This document shows, piece after piece, positions 1 through 13,072 of a stretch of 64,000 bases of DNA. The position numbers were made by a program, and so were the translations under genes. Position 1 is the first letter of the stretch. Each line of letters starts with the position of its first letter. A model generated the notes under the pieces. It saw only the letters and a program-made list of their open reading frames with translations, was not told the origin of the DNA and did no database searches. The stretch is taken from contig OZ024749.1 in NCBI GenBank assembly GCA_964016885.1, positions 45,198,001 through 45,262,000 of the forward strand, in the 5' to 3' direction. This DNA is from Eledone cirrhosa. Its lineage: Eukaryota.

Positions 1-1
1 G

Positions 2-98
2 TCGACCTGTTACGCGCGTTTCGCATAATATTGGCTCAGGGTCAGCCATAGAGGTTATGGACCCGACTTAATTACCGATCTGCTCTACAGACTGTCGA
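2..98 (-). ncRNA. Type I hammerhead-like motif (family A), variant core CUGUAGA
   Basis: Minus strand: UCGAC-A-GU CUGUAGA GCA..UGC GAA ACGCGCGU A AC-AG-GUCGA; stems I and II pair, stem III palindromic; core has A6U. Confidence 0.65.
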
Positions 99-289
99 TG
101 CGACAGAAATCTAGTTCTTATTAATATATACGCTTTGCCTGTGCATCGAGTGCTTGCTTTGTTAGCAACAATAGTAATTTACAGAATCACCTATACTATA
201 TATATAGTGAATCAAGCACTACTCTGATATATTGGCTCTCTCATTATCTCTCTCTCACTCTCTCTCTTTGTATATAAATATATATGTGT

Positions 290-325
<36 letters not shown>

Positions 326-410
326 TTGTGTGTCTGTGCCGTTCAATGAAAATATGAGAAGGCCATATTCCAATACTGTTATTTAGTTTTATATATTACC
401 ATAATTAAAT

Positions 411-591
411 AATTGTTTCTACGTTAGGCACAGGGCCAGCAATTAACCAGTGTATTACTGGTACTTTATTTTATCGACCCCGTAAGGATGAAAGACAAAG
501 TTAACCTCGGCGGGATTTGAACTCAGAATGGCAAGGGCCGTAACACTTTGCGCCAAAGCATGGCATCCGACACTCTACCAATACTGCCAAT
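411..591 (-). mobile_element. tRNA-derived SINE (family S1)
   Basis: Matches ~18 copies in window; A-box-like TGGCAGTATCGG, B-box-like GAGTTCAAATCC, central GCCTTTCATCCTTACGGGGTCGATAAA, AT-rich tail. Confidence 0.9.
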
Positions 592-672
592 AAATAATAA
601 GTATTTACGTATTTACTGAAGTCATCAGTATTTACCTTCATTCCTGTATCAACCACGAGATACTACATTTAT

Positions 673-764
673 GATTGAAGATACTAAAATATTATTGAGG
701 TAGAGATTCGACCGGGAGTTCGAGTGGATTGAGAAGAAACAGCTCGAACTCCAGCTAGAATATC
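673..764 (+). ncRNA. Degenerate hammerhead-like motif (family B)
   Basis: GA UUGAAGA UACU..GGUA GAG AUUC..GGAGUUCGAG/CUCGAACUCC..GAAU A UC; two core substitutions, 2-bp stem I. Confidence 0.4.
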
Positions 765-825
765 CACCTTATTAATATACACGTTGTGCATCCTTTGTCT
801 CTCTCATTATCTCTCCCCCTCCCTA

Positions 826-874
<49 letters not shown>

Positions 875-1335
875 TCAAGAAGTAGCATGCCTATATGTGA
901 CAATTGTGATGATCAACTACTTAAATCTATACCCTAAATGTAAGTAGGCAAACACATACGAATGGGCTGACAAACAAATTGAAGTGTGTAAACAAAGTGA
1001 ATTAAAAAGCTCTAACTATTGTGCATATAGCTTACAAGTGCGTGCCGTACACACACGTAACCACACATACACAGATAAGCGTTATACGTCAACTGAAATC
1101 AAACTCACAAATATGCGTACACATACATAAATACAGACATATGTATCTTCGTTGACAGTAACACTTAAAGAACGAAACACATGTCGTGTTATTCATACAG
1201 GTTTTAAATCTCTTCATAGACATTTGTTTGTGTGTGTGTGTATGCTTGTAATATGTATATACATACATTTATATATATATATACACAAAATTATTTGCAT
1301 TATATATATATATATATACTGCCAATCCACCACAA

Positions 1336-1523
1336 GGGTGGTGGATTGGCAGTATCGGTAGAGGGTCGGACGCCATGCTTTCCAGCATAGTTACGTCCCT
1401 TTACGATCTGAGTTCAAATCCCGCCGAGGTTGACTTTGCCTTTCATCCTTACGGGGTCGATAAAATAAAGTACCAGTAATGCACTGGGTAATTGCTGGCC
1501 TTGTGCCTAAAGTAGAAATAATT
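1336..1523 (+). mobile_element. S1 SINE, full length, with 18-bp inverted copy of its head at 1316-1333
   Basis: Near-consensus copy flanked by TA repeats. Confidence 0.92.
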
Positions 1524-1547
1524 ATATATATATATGACACGTATACG

Positions 1548-1597
<50 letters not shown>

Positions 1598-1869
1598 GAT
1601 TGGTGCTCTGAAATAGCGATGTATGTGTAGTATGTTTGGCAATATACCGTATGTTTAATTAAAAACATTTAGAAGACCATACGATATAAGTTTTAAAGTA
1701 GTCACCATATAGTGACTACATTCATATATACATCGCTATTTCAGAACACCAGTCCTAGTACCTAATTTTTGCTGGACCTGCAATCGTTCTGTATAATCAG
1801 CTCCTGATTATTACTGGAATTCTATAAGAATCCAGCTTCTATAATTTCGGCGGGACCAGGGGAGTGCGT

Positions 1870-1911
1870 GGCTCTGATGAACACCAGCCAGCGTGAAACA
1901 GACTGTCAGCT
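1870..1911 (+). ncRNA. Minimal type I hammerhead (family C)
   Basis: GGCU CUGAUGA ACAC-CAGCCA-GCGU GAA ACAGACUGU C AGCU. Confidence 0.8.
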
Positions 1912-2189
1912 TCTCTCCTTTCTTTCGCCGAAAAGAATTAAGTGACACAGTCACTACTTTAAAACTGATATCGTATGGTCTTCTAAATGTTTTTTTAATT
2001 AAACATACGGTATATTGCCAAATATACTATAAATACATACATACATGTGTGTGTGTGTATGAATGTATTTATAGTATATTTGCCAATATACCGTATGTTT
2101 AATTAAAAAAACATTTAGAAGACCATACGATATCAGTTTTAAAGTAGTGACTGTGTCACTTAATTCTTTTCGGCGAAAGAAAGGAGAGA

Positions 2190-2231
2190 AGCTGACAGTA
2201 TGTTTCACGCTGGCTGGCGTTCATCAGAGCC
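2190..2231 (-). ncRNA. Minimal type I hammerhead (family C, inverted copy)
   Basis: GGCU CUGAUGA ACGC-CAGCCA-GCGU GAA ACAUACUGU C AGCU; perfect 4-bp stem II. Confidence 0.82.
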
Positions 2232-2276
2232 ACGCACTCCCCCTGGTCCCGCCGAAATTATAGAAGCTGGATTCTT

Positions 2277-2315
<39 letters not shown>

Positions 2316-2629
2316 ATGAATACAATTGTAGTTAGTCATGACCTTTCTAAGAAAATAGAATCACCAAATTTTCTTTTCCCGAAATAAGGACTTTCACGGA
2401 ACACCTAAATTTCACCAAATCACTGTGTACCTACTTAGCAAATTTTACTTTTATAACAATAAATAAAATCCTTCCTGACAAATACCGCCAACAGACTCCA
2501 AAGCTTTCGTCATATATATATGTGTGTGTGACTGTTTGTCTTGCATAAATGTATATAATTATGCTTACATATGTGAGCGATAGTTTATAGGTATGTATAT
2601 ACAGAAACGTTCACTTAAACGATATATAG

Positions 2630-2676
<47 letters not shown>

Positions 2677-2993
2677 TATTTATATACAGAAACGCTCACA
2701 TAAACGATATATATGACTATATATATATTGATCGAACAATGTGTGTATGTATCAATGTGTGTAGGTATATGTATGAGTATCATTGTAGTTGATCGTGTAA
2801 CCACTTATTTTTAAATATATACATAAGAAATTACTTTAATGTAAGTCGACATTTTTTTATATCTTTTAATAACAATGCTTTTAGAGCTACAATGCTATCA
2901 ATATATTGCCATTGATATTACTGCAAGATATCAAATTGCTGATATTGATAAACTCTAATTGTTCTCATAGACTTTCTATTCAGCATTTATGAA

Positions 2994-3165
<172 letters not shown>

Positions 3166-3319
3166 GTAATCTTTCTTCTGCTTTTGTTTTTGTCGTTACT
3201 GTGGCTGTTGAGTTTGTCGTTTAGCATCCTGTTATCTATGATTGTGCAAACATATGAGTAGGATTTATCCGAGTTCCGGCAGTCCTTTTTTTATATTTAT
3301 TATTATTTCTGATGAACTA

Positions 3320-3513
3320 AGGGCGATGGATTGGCAATATCGGTAGAGCGTCAGACACCATGCTTTGCAGCATAGCGTTATGCTCCTTTACGTTCTGAGT
3401 TCAGATCCCGAAGAGGTTTAGTTTGCCTTTCATACTTACGAGGTCGATAAAATAAAACACCAATAATGCACTGTAGTAATTGCTTGCCTTCTCCCAAAAG
3501 TAGAAACATAATT
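3320..3513 (+). mobile_element. S1 SINE, diverged
   Basis: Aligns by eye with 1336-1523. Confidence 0.88.
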
Positions 3514-3904
3514 ATTTCTGATAAAATATATGAAATGCGTCCTGTGTATTTTTAAGAAGGTCTGTTTATAATTTCAACGAGAGTTTGTTGTTATTTCTAG
3601 CAGGTCGTGTGATCTGTTTGGGAAAGTACACATCTTTATAATTGAATTTGTCATTGTTTGACAATGATATAACTCTTTAGCGGCTTTTTTGTACATGATG
3701 AATATATACTTTACATAACTTTATTATACTATATTATACTATTTTATTACACAGGACAATAGTCTATACAATTGTACGCTGCTGTATAATCAACACTACA
3801 ACAACGATATACATATACAATCATATACCCTCATACCTTAAAACACAGCTGGTCGTACACACACGCAAATGCTCACACACACATTCATATATATATATAT
3901 ATAT

Positions 3905-4124
3905 ATATTTATTAAAATAACAGATTAAAGTTTAAGCAAAGAATCGCTGCTTTCACCCTTAACGGGATCTTCAGAAGATCCCGTTAAAGGTGAAAGCAGC
4001 GATTCTTTGCTTAAACTTTAATCTGTTATTTTAATAAATATTTGCTCTACGGTTCTTATATATTTGATATATATTTATCCTTATCGAGCCCTCTTTGGAT
4101 TTTAGTCTTCAAATTTATTATTAT

Positions 4125-4127
<3 letters not shown>
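3905..4127. mobile_element. Family F fold-back (68-bp arms, apex 3973) plus 3' tail
   Basis: Palindrome centred on GATCTTC-A-GAAGATC; same sequence at 17.9, 18.4, 33.1, 36.1, 51.5, 54.0 and 58.7 kb; TA flanks. Confidence 0.85.
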
Positions 4128-4210
<83 letters not shown>

Positions 4211-4214
<4 letters not shown>

Positions 4215-4560
4215 AGCAAAAAAGTGTTGGTAAAATCCAGTACTTCAGTATGCGGATAGAGAGCACTCAACGAAGATATCGATTCCGGTGTTATAATAGT
4301 GACGAAACATAAGTCAATTGCATGAACTCATAATCCTTTATTTACCGCTATATATATTACGATGATTGCCATTTTATGGCTATGTCCTCATCAGGCAGTT
4401 AGTAAGTTCTGAGTTATGCCAGCTCTGGGTTTTTGGTGTTGATGGTTTTAGAGTCTTGTGTCCCAAGGTTCTAAAACCATCAATACTAAAATGGCTATCA
4501 TCGAAATATATATAGCGGTAAATAAAGGATTATGAGTTCATACAATTGACTTATGTTTCG

Positions 4561-4567
<7 letters not shown>
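4211..4567. mobile_element. HHR-bearing fold-back element (family D)
   Basis: ~80-bp inverted arms 4296-4376 and 4487-4567, inner IR 4435-4487, TA both sides. Confidence 0.8.
4344..4399 (-). ncRNA. Minimal type I hammerhead (family D)
   Basis: ACUGC CUGAUGA G..GCCAU-AAA-AUGGC..C GUA AUAUAUAU A GCGGU; the inverted arm near 4503 keeps the canonical GAAA. Confidence 0.72.
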
Positions 4568-4596
<29 letters not shown>

Positions 4597-4941
4597 TATA
4601 TATATACATATACATATACATATATATATATGTCTGTGTGTGTGTGTGTCACTGCCGGCTGTAGCTTCATTATGATGTTTATCAATTTTAGTTTCGAGAT
4701 ATCAAAGTCGTACGTCAATCCCAATCTTTAATAATTTATTCCAGAATTTTCAAACTCTTTTAATCGAGTTAAGTCTTATATCTTATGTTTGCTACGTTAA
4801 TGCTTACTAATACAATTTCATACACACGCACACACATATATATACATATATACAAACCCTCCATCTCAATTCTACTTATGAAAAGCATAAGAAATGTAAA
4901 ACCGATTAAAAGTTTAAGCAAACAATTACTGCTTTTACCTT

Positions 4942-5038
<97 letters not shown>

Positions 5039-5574
5039 GTGTGTATATATATATATATTTATATATATATATGTATATATGTATGTATATATATATAGTT
5101 ACCTTGTGGTATATCTCTATGTTTCTTATCTCTCTCGCTTTCTTTCTCACGCTCTCTCTCTCTCTCTCTCTCTCTCTGTGTCTCTCTCTCTCTCTCCCTC
5201 TCTTTCTCTCTCTCTCTCTATCACTGCCTCTGTCGCTGTCTTACAAACATTCTCTCATTTTTGTGTCATGGCTTTGGGACGTGTGCGACTGTTGTGTAAT
5301 CTCAATGGTGTTTATTGTTTAGATTTATTATCAGTTTGCAGTGGCATAAGTTGACTGAAATGTTTGCTGTTGATGATGCCTTTCTCTATGTCTATACCGG
5401 AAATGTTATGTCTGTTGCTAGGATATGTCTTCTTCAGTCGACTTTCTTCTATATGTATTTCCGTACAATCTTCCATTTTTTATGTTTAGTTGTATTAGTT
5501 GTTGTTTTTATGAAACATTTCGTAAAAAGTATGCATAGGAATTATATATTTCTTTGTAAGACAAAAGTTAAAAA

Positions 5575-5752
5575 ATAACTGTTTCTACTTTTGGCACAAG
5601 GCCAGCAATTACCAGTACAATACTGGTACTTTATTTTATCGACCCCGTAAGGATGAAAGGCAAAGTTAACCTCGACGGGATTTGAACTCAGACCGTAAAG
5701 GGACGTAACTATGCTAGAAAGCATGGCGCCCAACCCTCTACCGATACTGCTA
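5575..5752 (-). mobile_element. S1 SINE
   Basis: Similarity to other S1 copies. Confidence 0.9.
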
Positions 5753-6573
5753 ATTTAAAAAATAACAATATACAAGAAGATATCGCGCTCAATTGGTTTG
5801 ATGGTATGAGGGCAGTCTTTGGTTTGTTGTGAAATCTAGGTTTGTTAGTATATGAAAACAACTTTAGTTGAAGTTCAACATGTACTGGATTAGTGCCGAA
5901 GCCGCATTTGGCTATTCCATGAGAGTATCTTGGTTAGCCTATGAACTTTTACGTTGACCCTCTTGTATTACTTCAATTCATGACACAGACTCAGCTAAAT
6001 TTCCTGAATGTTGAGTTTTGATAGTGGGACAACGCACTAACATGAACGTTCAAAACACTATACAGTATTTATAGATGAAATTTTCCATTCAGTACGGTCA
6101 TATATTTGATACTATTCTTCGATTATACATTACTAAATACCAACACTATGGGTGAAATCAAGTTCTTTCATTGTCTTCATTAATTAGCATGTACGGATCG
6201 TTGACGCATTTTACACAGCATGTCTTATTTTCCGATGACCATGTAGCTCGCATTTGACATTGATATTTCTATAATCTATCATTGACACAAACATGGAGCC
6301 GTTCGGAAACATCTATGTAATTTTGTTGCCGTAGGTCTTGTTATTTAAACACTCATGTAGCAAACTTCAACTTGACAGAAATCAATACATTCATTAATAT
6401 GAACACCATATAATTATGTTTGCAGCTCTAAATGCTACTTAAATTCTGTATTGAATTTCAATACAACAGCTAGCTATATTCATATGTAGCTATATACACA
6501 CACACAAGCACATACATAATTACGTACATATATATAGAGAGAATGATACAGATACGTTGGCAAACAAATATAT

Positions 6574-6674
<101 letters not shown>

Positions 6675-6969
6675 TGTAGTTATAGATTACATGCAAATTC
6701 AGTGCTAAATATCATATAGTGCATTTAGTGACTGCCAGCTTATTTTTCTTTCATTTTCCCTTCTTTCCTTTTGAGTTAAACGAAGGCACAGTGTCCGTTT
6801 AATGCTTTATTGCTTGATATACTACTCTAATTAATACTATAGTACACTCTAATTTATAGAGTACATTATATTGTACTCTATATGGGGCAACATGTTTTTT
6901 TCTATAGCATGGGTGGCATCTTTAAACCTGCTAGTCTATTCCAAATGTGACCAACTCAGACTTCTTTCC

Positions 6970-7034
<65 letters not shown>

Positions 7035-7097
7035 CCTGGATAAAATCCTTCTCTTAATGCTTACCTGTGTCTTCTCTTTTTATATATATAAAAGTTT

Positions 7098-7229
7098 ATC
7101 CCGGGTTCAATCGGGGGTAACCACAGTAAGTAAGGAACACAATACATAGCAGATTATAAATAGTTAACATTGAAAGGGCTTCCTGATGATTTCTCCCTAA
7201 TTAGACAGTTCTAGTCCTGTAGAAGCCAT
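7098..7229. mobile_element. Family G: minus-strand 3' tail fused to plus-strand decayed hammerhead (7177-7227)
   Basis: GGCUUC CUGAUGA..ACAG-UUCUAGUC-CUGU A GAAGCC with GAA mutated; tail shared with 26.9, 30.0, 34.4, 62.1 kb. Confidence 0.7.
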
Positions 7230-7240
7230 CTCTCTCTCCT

Positions 7241-7319
<79 letters not shown>

Positions 7320-8154
7320 TAAGTATATATATGAGATAAACAATTCTAAATGAGATAACAAATTAAACGGTCTGTTCTACAGTTTAAACTCTGTTTCTTT
7401 TAGTTTCATATATGTACTGTCTGCTTTGATTTCTTAGTGACCACTATATAGTATATTATAGAGATCTGTGTCCACATATCTTGTATCATGATTCCTTACT
7501 GAGAATATAACCTAATTATTTTATACAAAGCCTATCGTTTCAGTCTAAAAATACATTTTTTAAATCTATATAAGTTTATGTTCGGTGGATTCATAACATA
7601 GTGAATTAAGTAAATTATTGCTTACTGTCACTAAAAAAAAAAAAATAGATAAAAACTAAAATATTCCTTTATGTTGGTTAAATAAATTTTATTGGGTTGA
7701 GCAGTTTTGTAAATTCAAATATTTAGCTGCATTGTTTAGGAAAAAAAACAAAATTACATAAGACGGCTCCTCCTAAATTTAAGTCGTTAAACCATAACAT
7801 AGAGTGAATTCAAATAAGAAAACCACTCATGTGTCCATAATGAAATGCATAAAAGCTATGGCCTGATGGTGCAAGTTATATGGGAATTTAGACTGTTTAA
7901 AATCATAGTAGCAGCAACATATAAAATCGGGAATAGTAAATATTTTTCAGCACTGAATTTTATAATACAAATATATACATCCATAATCTATCTATCTAGG
8001 GCGGGTAAAATTCTCGAGATGAAAAAAAAAACAAGAAAAAAACTATATTCTTTATATTTGTCTCAGAGACAACATATCCATCATCCACTGGCCCTCCCTG
8101 TGACTCTAAACCAGCAGAGTCATAACGACCAGACTTCTCCGGGACAGTGTAGTT

Positions 8155-8408
8155 AGGGGCTCTAACTCTAGTGTTGTTAAATACACTCTCGATGGTTCTT
8201 TTCTATGGCTGATAATACCTTACTGGCGCCACTCGAGTAAGGTATTAATTTAATACATAAATGGGGCCCTTACAGGTACTACTAATCCGGGCCAGAGGAG
8301 ACCTGGGAGTGATAGCAACTAAAAGGTAACTCCACATTCGCCACAGCTCCTGAACTCCCGAACTGAAGCCTTGCCCCTGGATGAAGTCTAATGTCATACC
8401 CAGGACAT
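8155..8408 (+). mobile_element. Possible SINE/LINE 3' remnant ending GTCATACCCAGGACA
   Basis: GC-richer island with retroposon-like terminus; single copy here. Confidence 0.3.
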
Positions 8409-9019
8409 TATAATTATAGAACAATTATAAAATCTTTTAGATTCTGTTATGAAATTTCTTTAGCCCTAGGTCAATATAATTGAGCATCACCCTTATGGCT
8501 AAAGGTGGTCCTGTAGTAGTAGTCATTGTTCTGCCTTCATTTATATGATACACGAAATTACATATTCTACGACATCTTCATCCGTATTCTAAAACACTCT
8601 GCTCTAATTTCATGGAAATTTGGCTGCTATTCCTATCATTTCTAGCCACTGCAAATAAGGTTCCTGCGCTGGATTTTAAAATAAGATAAAAAATCTCGCC
8701 CGGACATGTCACATTCATTACGAATAGCCGCCTACCTCCCCAATAGATATTAAGTGAGAAGGTCAGTGACCAGTGGCTGCTCTGTTACAATATTCCTGCG
8801 ACGAGGAAATATAGAAAGCCAATGGATACACACAATCCCGATAACGAGGAAACGACCGACGCACAATTTCGTCCACTTGTTAGTTAATGCTCTTCAGATT
8901 ATTGGACTCACTGCATCCGTTCTCGTGTATTCAACAGTTTGAACACTATTGGTGAATGCTGGTATTTGCTCATATCAAAAATATACAGAATTCATCCACC
9001 TAATTGATTGGAAATATTT

Positions 9020-9292
9020 TATCTGAAATGTTTGAGACCAGAAATGTTTCGGATTTCGGTGTTGCTATGGTGTCTGCTGAAAACAATATGGCACCGATTT
9101 AACGATCCTGAGTAAGACCCACTTTGGGTAAATGATGCCACTTTTAGATGCAGCTACCTAACTTGTAACATCAGCACACACGCTGAAAAGCATTGTGTAA
9201 TCTCCAATTTGAGACGAGTCATTACAGTGCAAGACGAAACTTTTTTTATATGAGAAGATTTCGGATGTTTGAATTTGGGATAAATGATGCTT
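9020..9292. mobile_element. Possible decayed Tigger/pogo-type MITE
   Basis: Ends TATCTGAAATGTTTGAGACCAGAAATGTTTCGGATTTC and TTTCGGATGTTTGAATTTGGGATA recall Tigger subterminal motifs (from memory, unverified). Confidence 0.35.
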
Positions 9293-9570
9293 ACACTCAG
9301 CCGTGTTAGTTTGATTTTTTGTCCACGGGTAATTTTCAGGCAGATGTAAACTTAGTTGTATTCCTTTTCTTTCGAGTTACATGCAGACTACTATTTGAAC
9401 ACCAAATTACAAATATGTAGGCGTTGATGTTTAGTTACTATATTTTCTCTACAACTCTCAGGTTGTGGATTCGATCCTACTACTGAGTAACTTGAACAAG
9501 ATTCTATTACCTGGAGTTAATTTAAGACCATGGGAATATAAATTGGTTAAGGTTAAGGGAAACTGATGCA

Positions 9571-9607
<37 letters not shown>

Positions 9608-9608
9608 T

Positions 9609-9797
9609 AATTGTGTCTACGTTTGGCACAATGCCAGCAATTACCTCAGTGTATTACTGGTACTTTATTTTATCGACCCCGTAAGGATGAAAGGAAAAGT
9701 TAATCTCGGTGGGATTTGAAATCAGATCATAATGGGCCGTAAATCTATGCTGCAAAGCATGACGTCCCACCCTCTACCGATACTGCCAATCCACCGC
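9609..9797 (-). mobile_element. S1 SINE
   Basis: Similarity to other S1 copies. Confidence 0.9.
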
Positions 9798-10299
9798 TCG
9801 TAACGTTGATAGTAGGATAAATCTCTAGATTTTTCGATTGTTAGGAAGCATATAAATAAATGAATAAATAAGTAAAAATTCAAGTCTGAAATCGTTTGTT
9901 AAGCCCGGCTATTAAAATATAAAACTTTGTAATAAAATGCGATCAACCATTAAAGTAAATAATAATAAAAAAAAAACATTACTTTTAAAATTTCCATGTC
10001 AAAAATGTCAATCTAATATTGCTTTACGAAAGATACTTTGACAGATAACCTTTCATTCATCGTATATTGCATATATTACAGATTTAGCATGTTTTACGCC
10101 TACAGTTTTACAATATATTTTAATATGCGTAGAATATTGTACTTGTGTTTATTTAACACAAATGAACATCTATATTTTAGCCATCTAACCCATCAATACT
10201 TCGGCAAATGAGTTGATCCTACCATTTGCTTGACGAGGTATATAATTATATAATAAAACAGAAACATGTCCAGAGTTTTCTTCTCGAATTACAGTTTCG

Positions 10300-11320
10300 A
10301 TGATGAGTATTCAGACACCTGATGAGTATTCAAACACCAAAACTCTCAGCAAGACAAAAATTTCCGCAACTATGGCTAAATGAGTGTTGTCCAGGAGGTC
10401 AATAAACTCTATGGTGGAGTGACGGGATTGTTGATGTGTTTGGATAAAGAGTTCCAGTACAATTCCAGTACAATTCTTTCTCCACATTTTATAGCCTTTA
10501 CGAATGATGTGTTGATATTTCATCACCAATGACAGCACGATTAAACAAAACAAAGCTATATCAGGTGACAATGTTTCACTCTGATCATTGCAAAAACTTT
10601 TGTTACTATACAAGAATACGAGTATCAAATACTCTCTCCTCAAATTCATGAAGGGGATTAAATTTCTTCCATGGTAGCATATCTCATATCCACTCTGCCA
10701 AACATTTGTGTCGGTTGGTGTGGGTTTTACACTCCAGATCCTCGCATCTGATGTGTTTTTTCTCTCTTACGAGACATATAATATGTACCAATTTGGATGG
10801 AGTCTGGAAGACGAGGATTTTAATCTTAAATCTGGACTCTTTTACTTGATCTTCCTTGGCTATACATTTTAGGATTTTAGCAGCGCTTCCGAGTGATCTG
10901 CCTCGCTGTGTGGTTAGTTGACAAGCTGAAGGGCTAGATGAATCGCCGTCGGAGTGTGTGACTATTTAGCTTGCTGAATTGTCGGCTGGTGTAGATGATG
11001 TTGCTATTGCATAAAATATAATTGTTTCCCATGTCTGTAAATATAGTGTAGTTACTTTTGTTGTGTTTACAATTGGTACGGTTGCTGGTGTATTTACTAC
11101 AGCAGGGTGTAGTGGCTGAGTGGTTAGTTGTCTGATGGATGTTGTTTATGGCTGTAGTGTTGTTACGAGTCCCTATATCCCTGCTGCATAACAGATAAGA
11201 GATGTAGTGCGAGAGGGGCCGAAGCGTTGTGGAAGCCATGTTTTTCTTGTTGATGATTTTATAAGGAAGTATGATTTTTGCCCCCAAATGAGATCGTACA
11301 GACTAATTTATCGATAACTG
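10300..11320 (-). pseudogene. Possible decayed coding remnant (Thr/Ser/Pro-rich, perhaps LINE ORF1)
   Basis: Microsatellite-free 1 kb with interrupted frames; no diagnostic motif. Confidence 0.2.
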
Positions 11321-12019
11321 CAGTCGAGCTTCAGAGTGAAGCAAATATAATAATAATAATATCAATAATGGTTTAGCATTTAATAATGTATAGATGAAGA
11401 ACCTAACCCAGTACTTTTTTGTCGACCTTCAATGGAAATGCAATGGTGACCTCAGCGGGATTTGAAATCAGAGAGCAGAGAGCCGAACCGAATACTCTAA
11501 AGCACTCAAGCCAATGTTCTAACGACTCTGCCAATTCGACATCTTATCAAAATATATACATAGGTTTAAATATACCTTTACAAACAAACAATAATTGTTG
11601 GATAACATTTTAAAGTTCACATTTACTATATATCGGATTAAATATCTTAATAAATATTATTCTAATCGCCAGATCGTATCTAAATATATCATAATTGATA
11701 TTGATATAATTGTCGTGGTTATATAGATGTAGTGATAGTTGTTTATTTTACATTGTTGTTGCTATGTTTTTTTGTTGCTGATGTAATAGATGACGTCGGT
11801 GTTGTTGACTTATTTGCTACAGTTATTTGAATGTTGTTTTTTTTTAATTCAATACAAACCTTTGGATAAATAAACCAATATACAGAAAAGAAAAAGGGTG
11901 AATGACATATGTGATGATATGCTACGTAATCGGCCAATTATGTAATTACTTTTAAGATATATGTTAACATTGTGCTTTATCACTCTTAATGTCTCGACAT
12001 GTAACTCATTATTACACTT

Positions 12020-12096
<77 letters not shown>

Positions 12097-12562
12097 ATAT
12101 ATATACAATATATATACACACATATATATATACACGCAAACACAAACACATATAATGTATGTATATATATATAAATATATATATATATAAAGATTTACAT
12201 ATACATAAAGTCACAAATATATATGTGACAACCGTTCACGATGTGGCTGAATGAAGAATTAATAAATTAAATAATCAGAGCAATATATCATAAATCATGT
12301 CCTTAGAATTATTAGATAAAAATATATACAATTTCCTCTCCCAATTAGCATAATTAACCATATAAAAATCAATTAGACCAGGCTATAAGAATAAAGGCTC
12401 CTATGAAGAAATATTTGATAAATAACCGAAAGCAGCCTCTTCGCGGTTGACCACAATAGAGTATTTACCCAATATTTCAACAGCATGTAGAAACTGACCA
12501 AATATATCGTCACAATTAGGTATACATTTAAAGTTAGAGGAAACGTGTACATACCGTAATTA

Positions 12563-12641
12563 TATCCCTACCATGGTTTCGTTCGTATTTTGAGATATCC
12601 TATTAAGGATAAATCTAGAGTATCGAACTCATCAGGAGACA
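12563..12641 (-). ncRNA. Canonical minimal type I hammerhead (family E)
   Basis: UGUCUC CUGAUGA GUUCG..UAUCC-UUAAUA-GGAUA..CGAAC GAA ACCAUGGU A GGGAUA; all stems pair, stem III palindromic. Confidence 0.9.
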
Positions 12642-12679
12642 AACTCAATAGGACAGTTAATTTTCCAAAGCGATCCCTG

Positions 12680-12761
<82 letters not shown>

Positions 12762-12825
12762 ATATATATATATATATTATGAAAATAAACCAAAGACGCC
12801 TTCAATAAATCAAAAGTCTTTATTA

Positions 12826-12863
12826 GCCAACAATGTTTCGTCCTATTAAGGAGTCATCAGGGC
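12826..12863 (-). ncRNA. Minimal type I hammerhead (E-related)
   Basis: GCC CUGAUGA CUCC-UUAAUA-GGAC GAA ACAUUGU U GGC then AAUAAA; in TA-flanked island 12778-12892. Confidence 0.75.
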
Positions 12864-12890
12864 AAGTAAAGCTATAAGAAGCAATATCGG

Positions 12891-12947
<57 letters not shown>

Positions 12948-12982
12948 ATACATATACATACATATATTTATATATGTATATA

Positions 12983-13070
<88 letters not shown>

Positions 13071-13072
<2 letters not shown>

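Larger units (their letters stand above)
1594..2276. mobile_element. Rearranged HHR-bearing element (family C) with ~220-bp inverted arms
   Basis: Arms 1826-~2046 and ~2057-2276; extra minus fragment 1594-1705; TA flanks. Confidence 0.8.

Noticed and set aside
1338-1430. tRNA gene
   Set aside because: A/B-box-like motifs belong to the SINE head; no cloverleaf
6228-6325. CCGATGA..GAAACATCTATGTA
   Set aside because: No stem I; chance match likely
8855-8900. CUGAAGA..GAAA..GUC on minus strand
   Set aside because: Stems I and III barely pair and no TA context; at most a decayed relic
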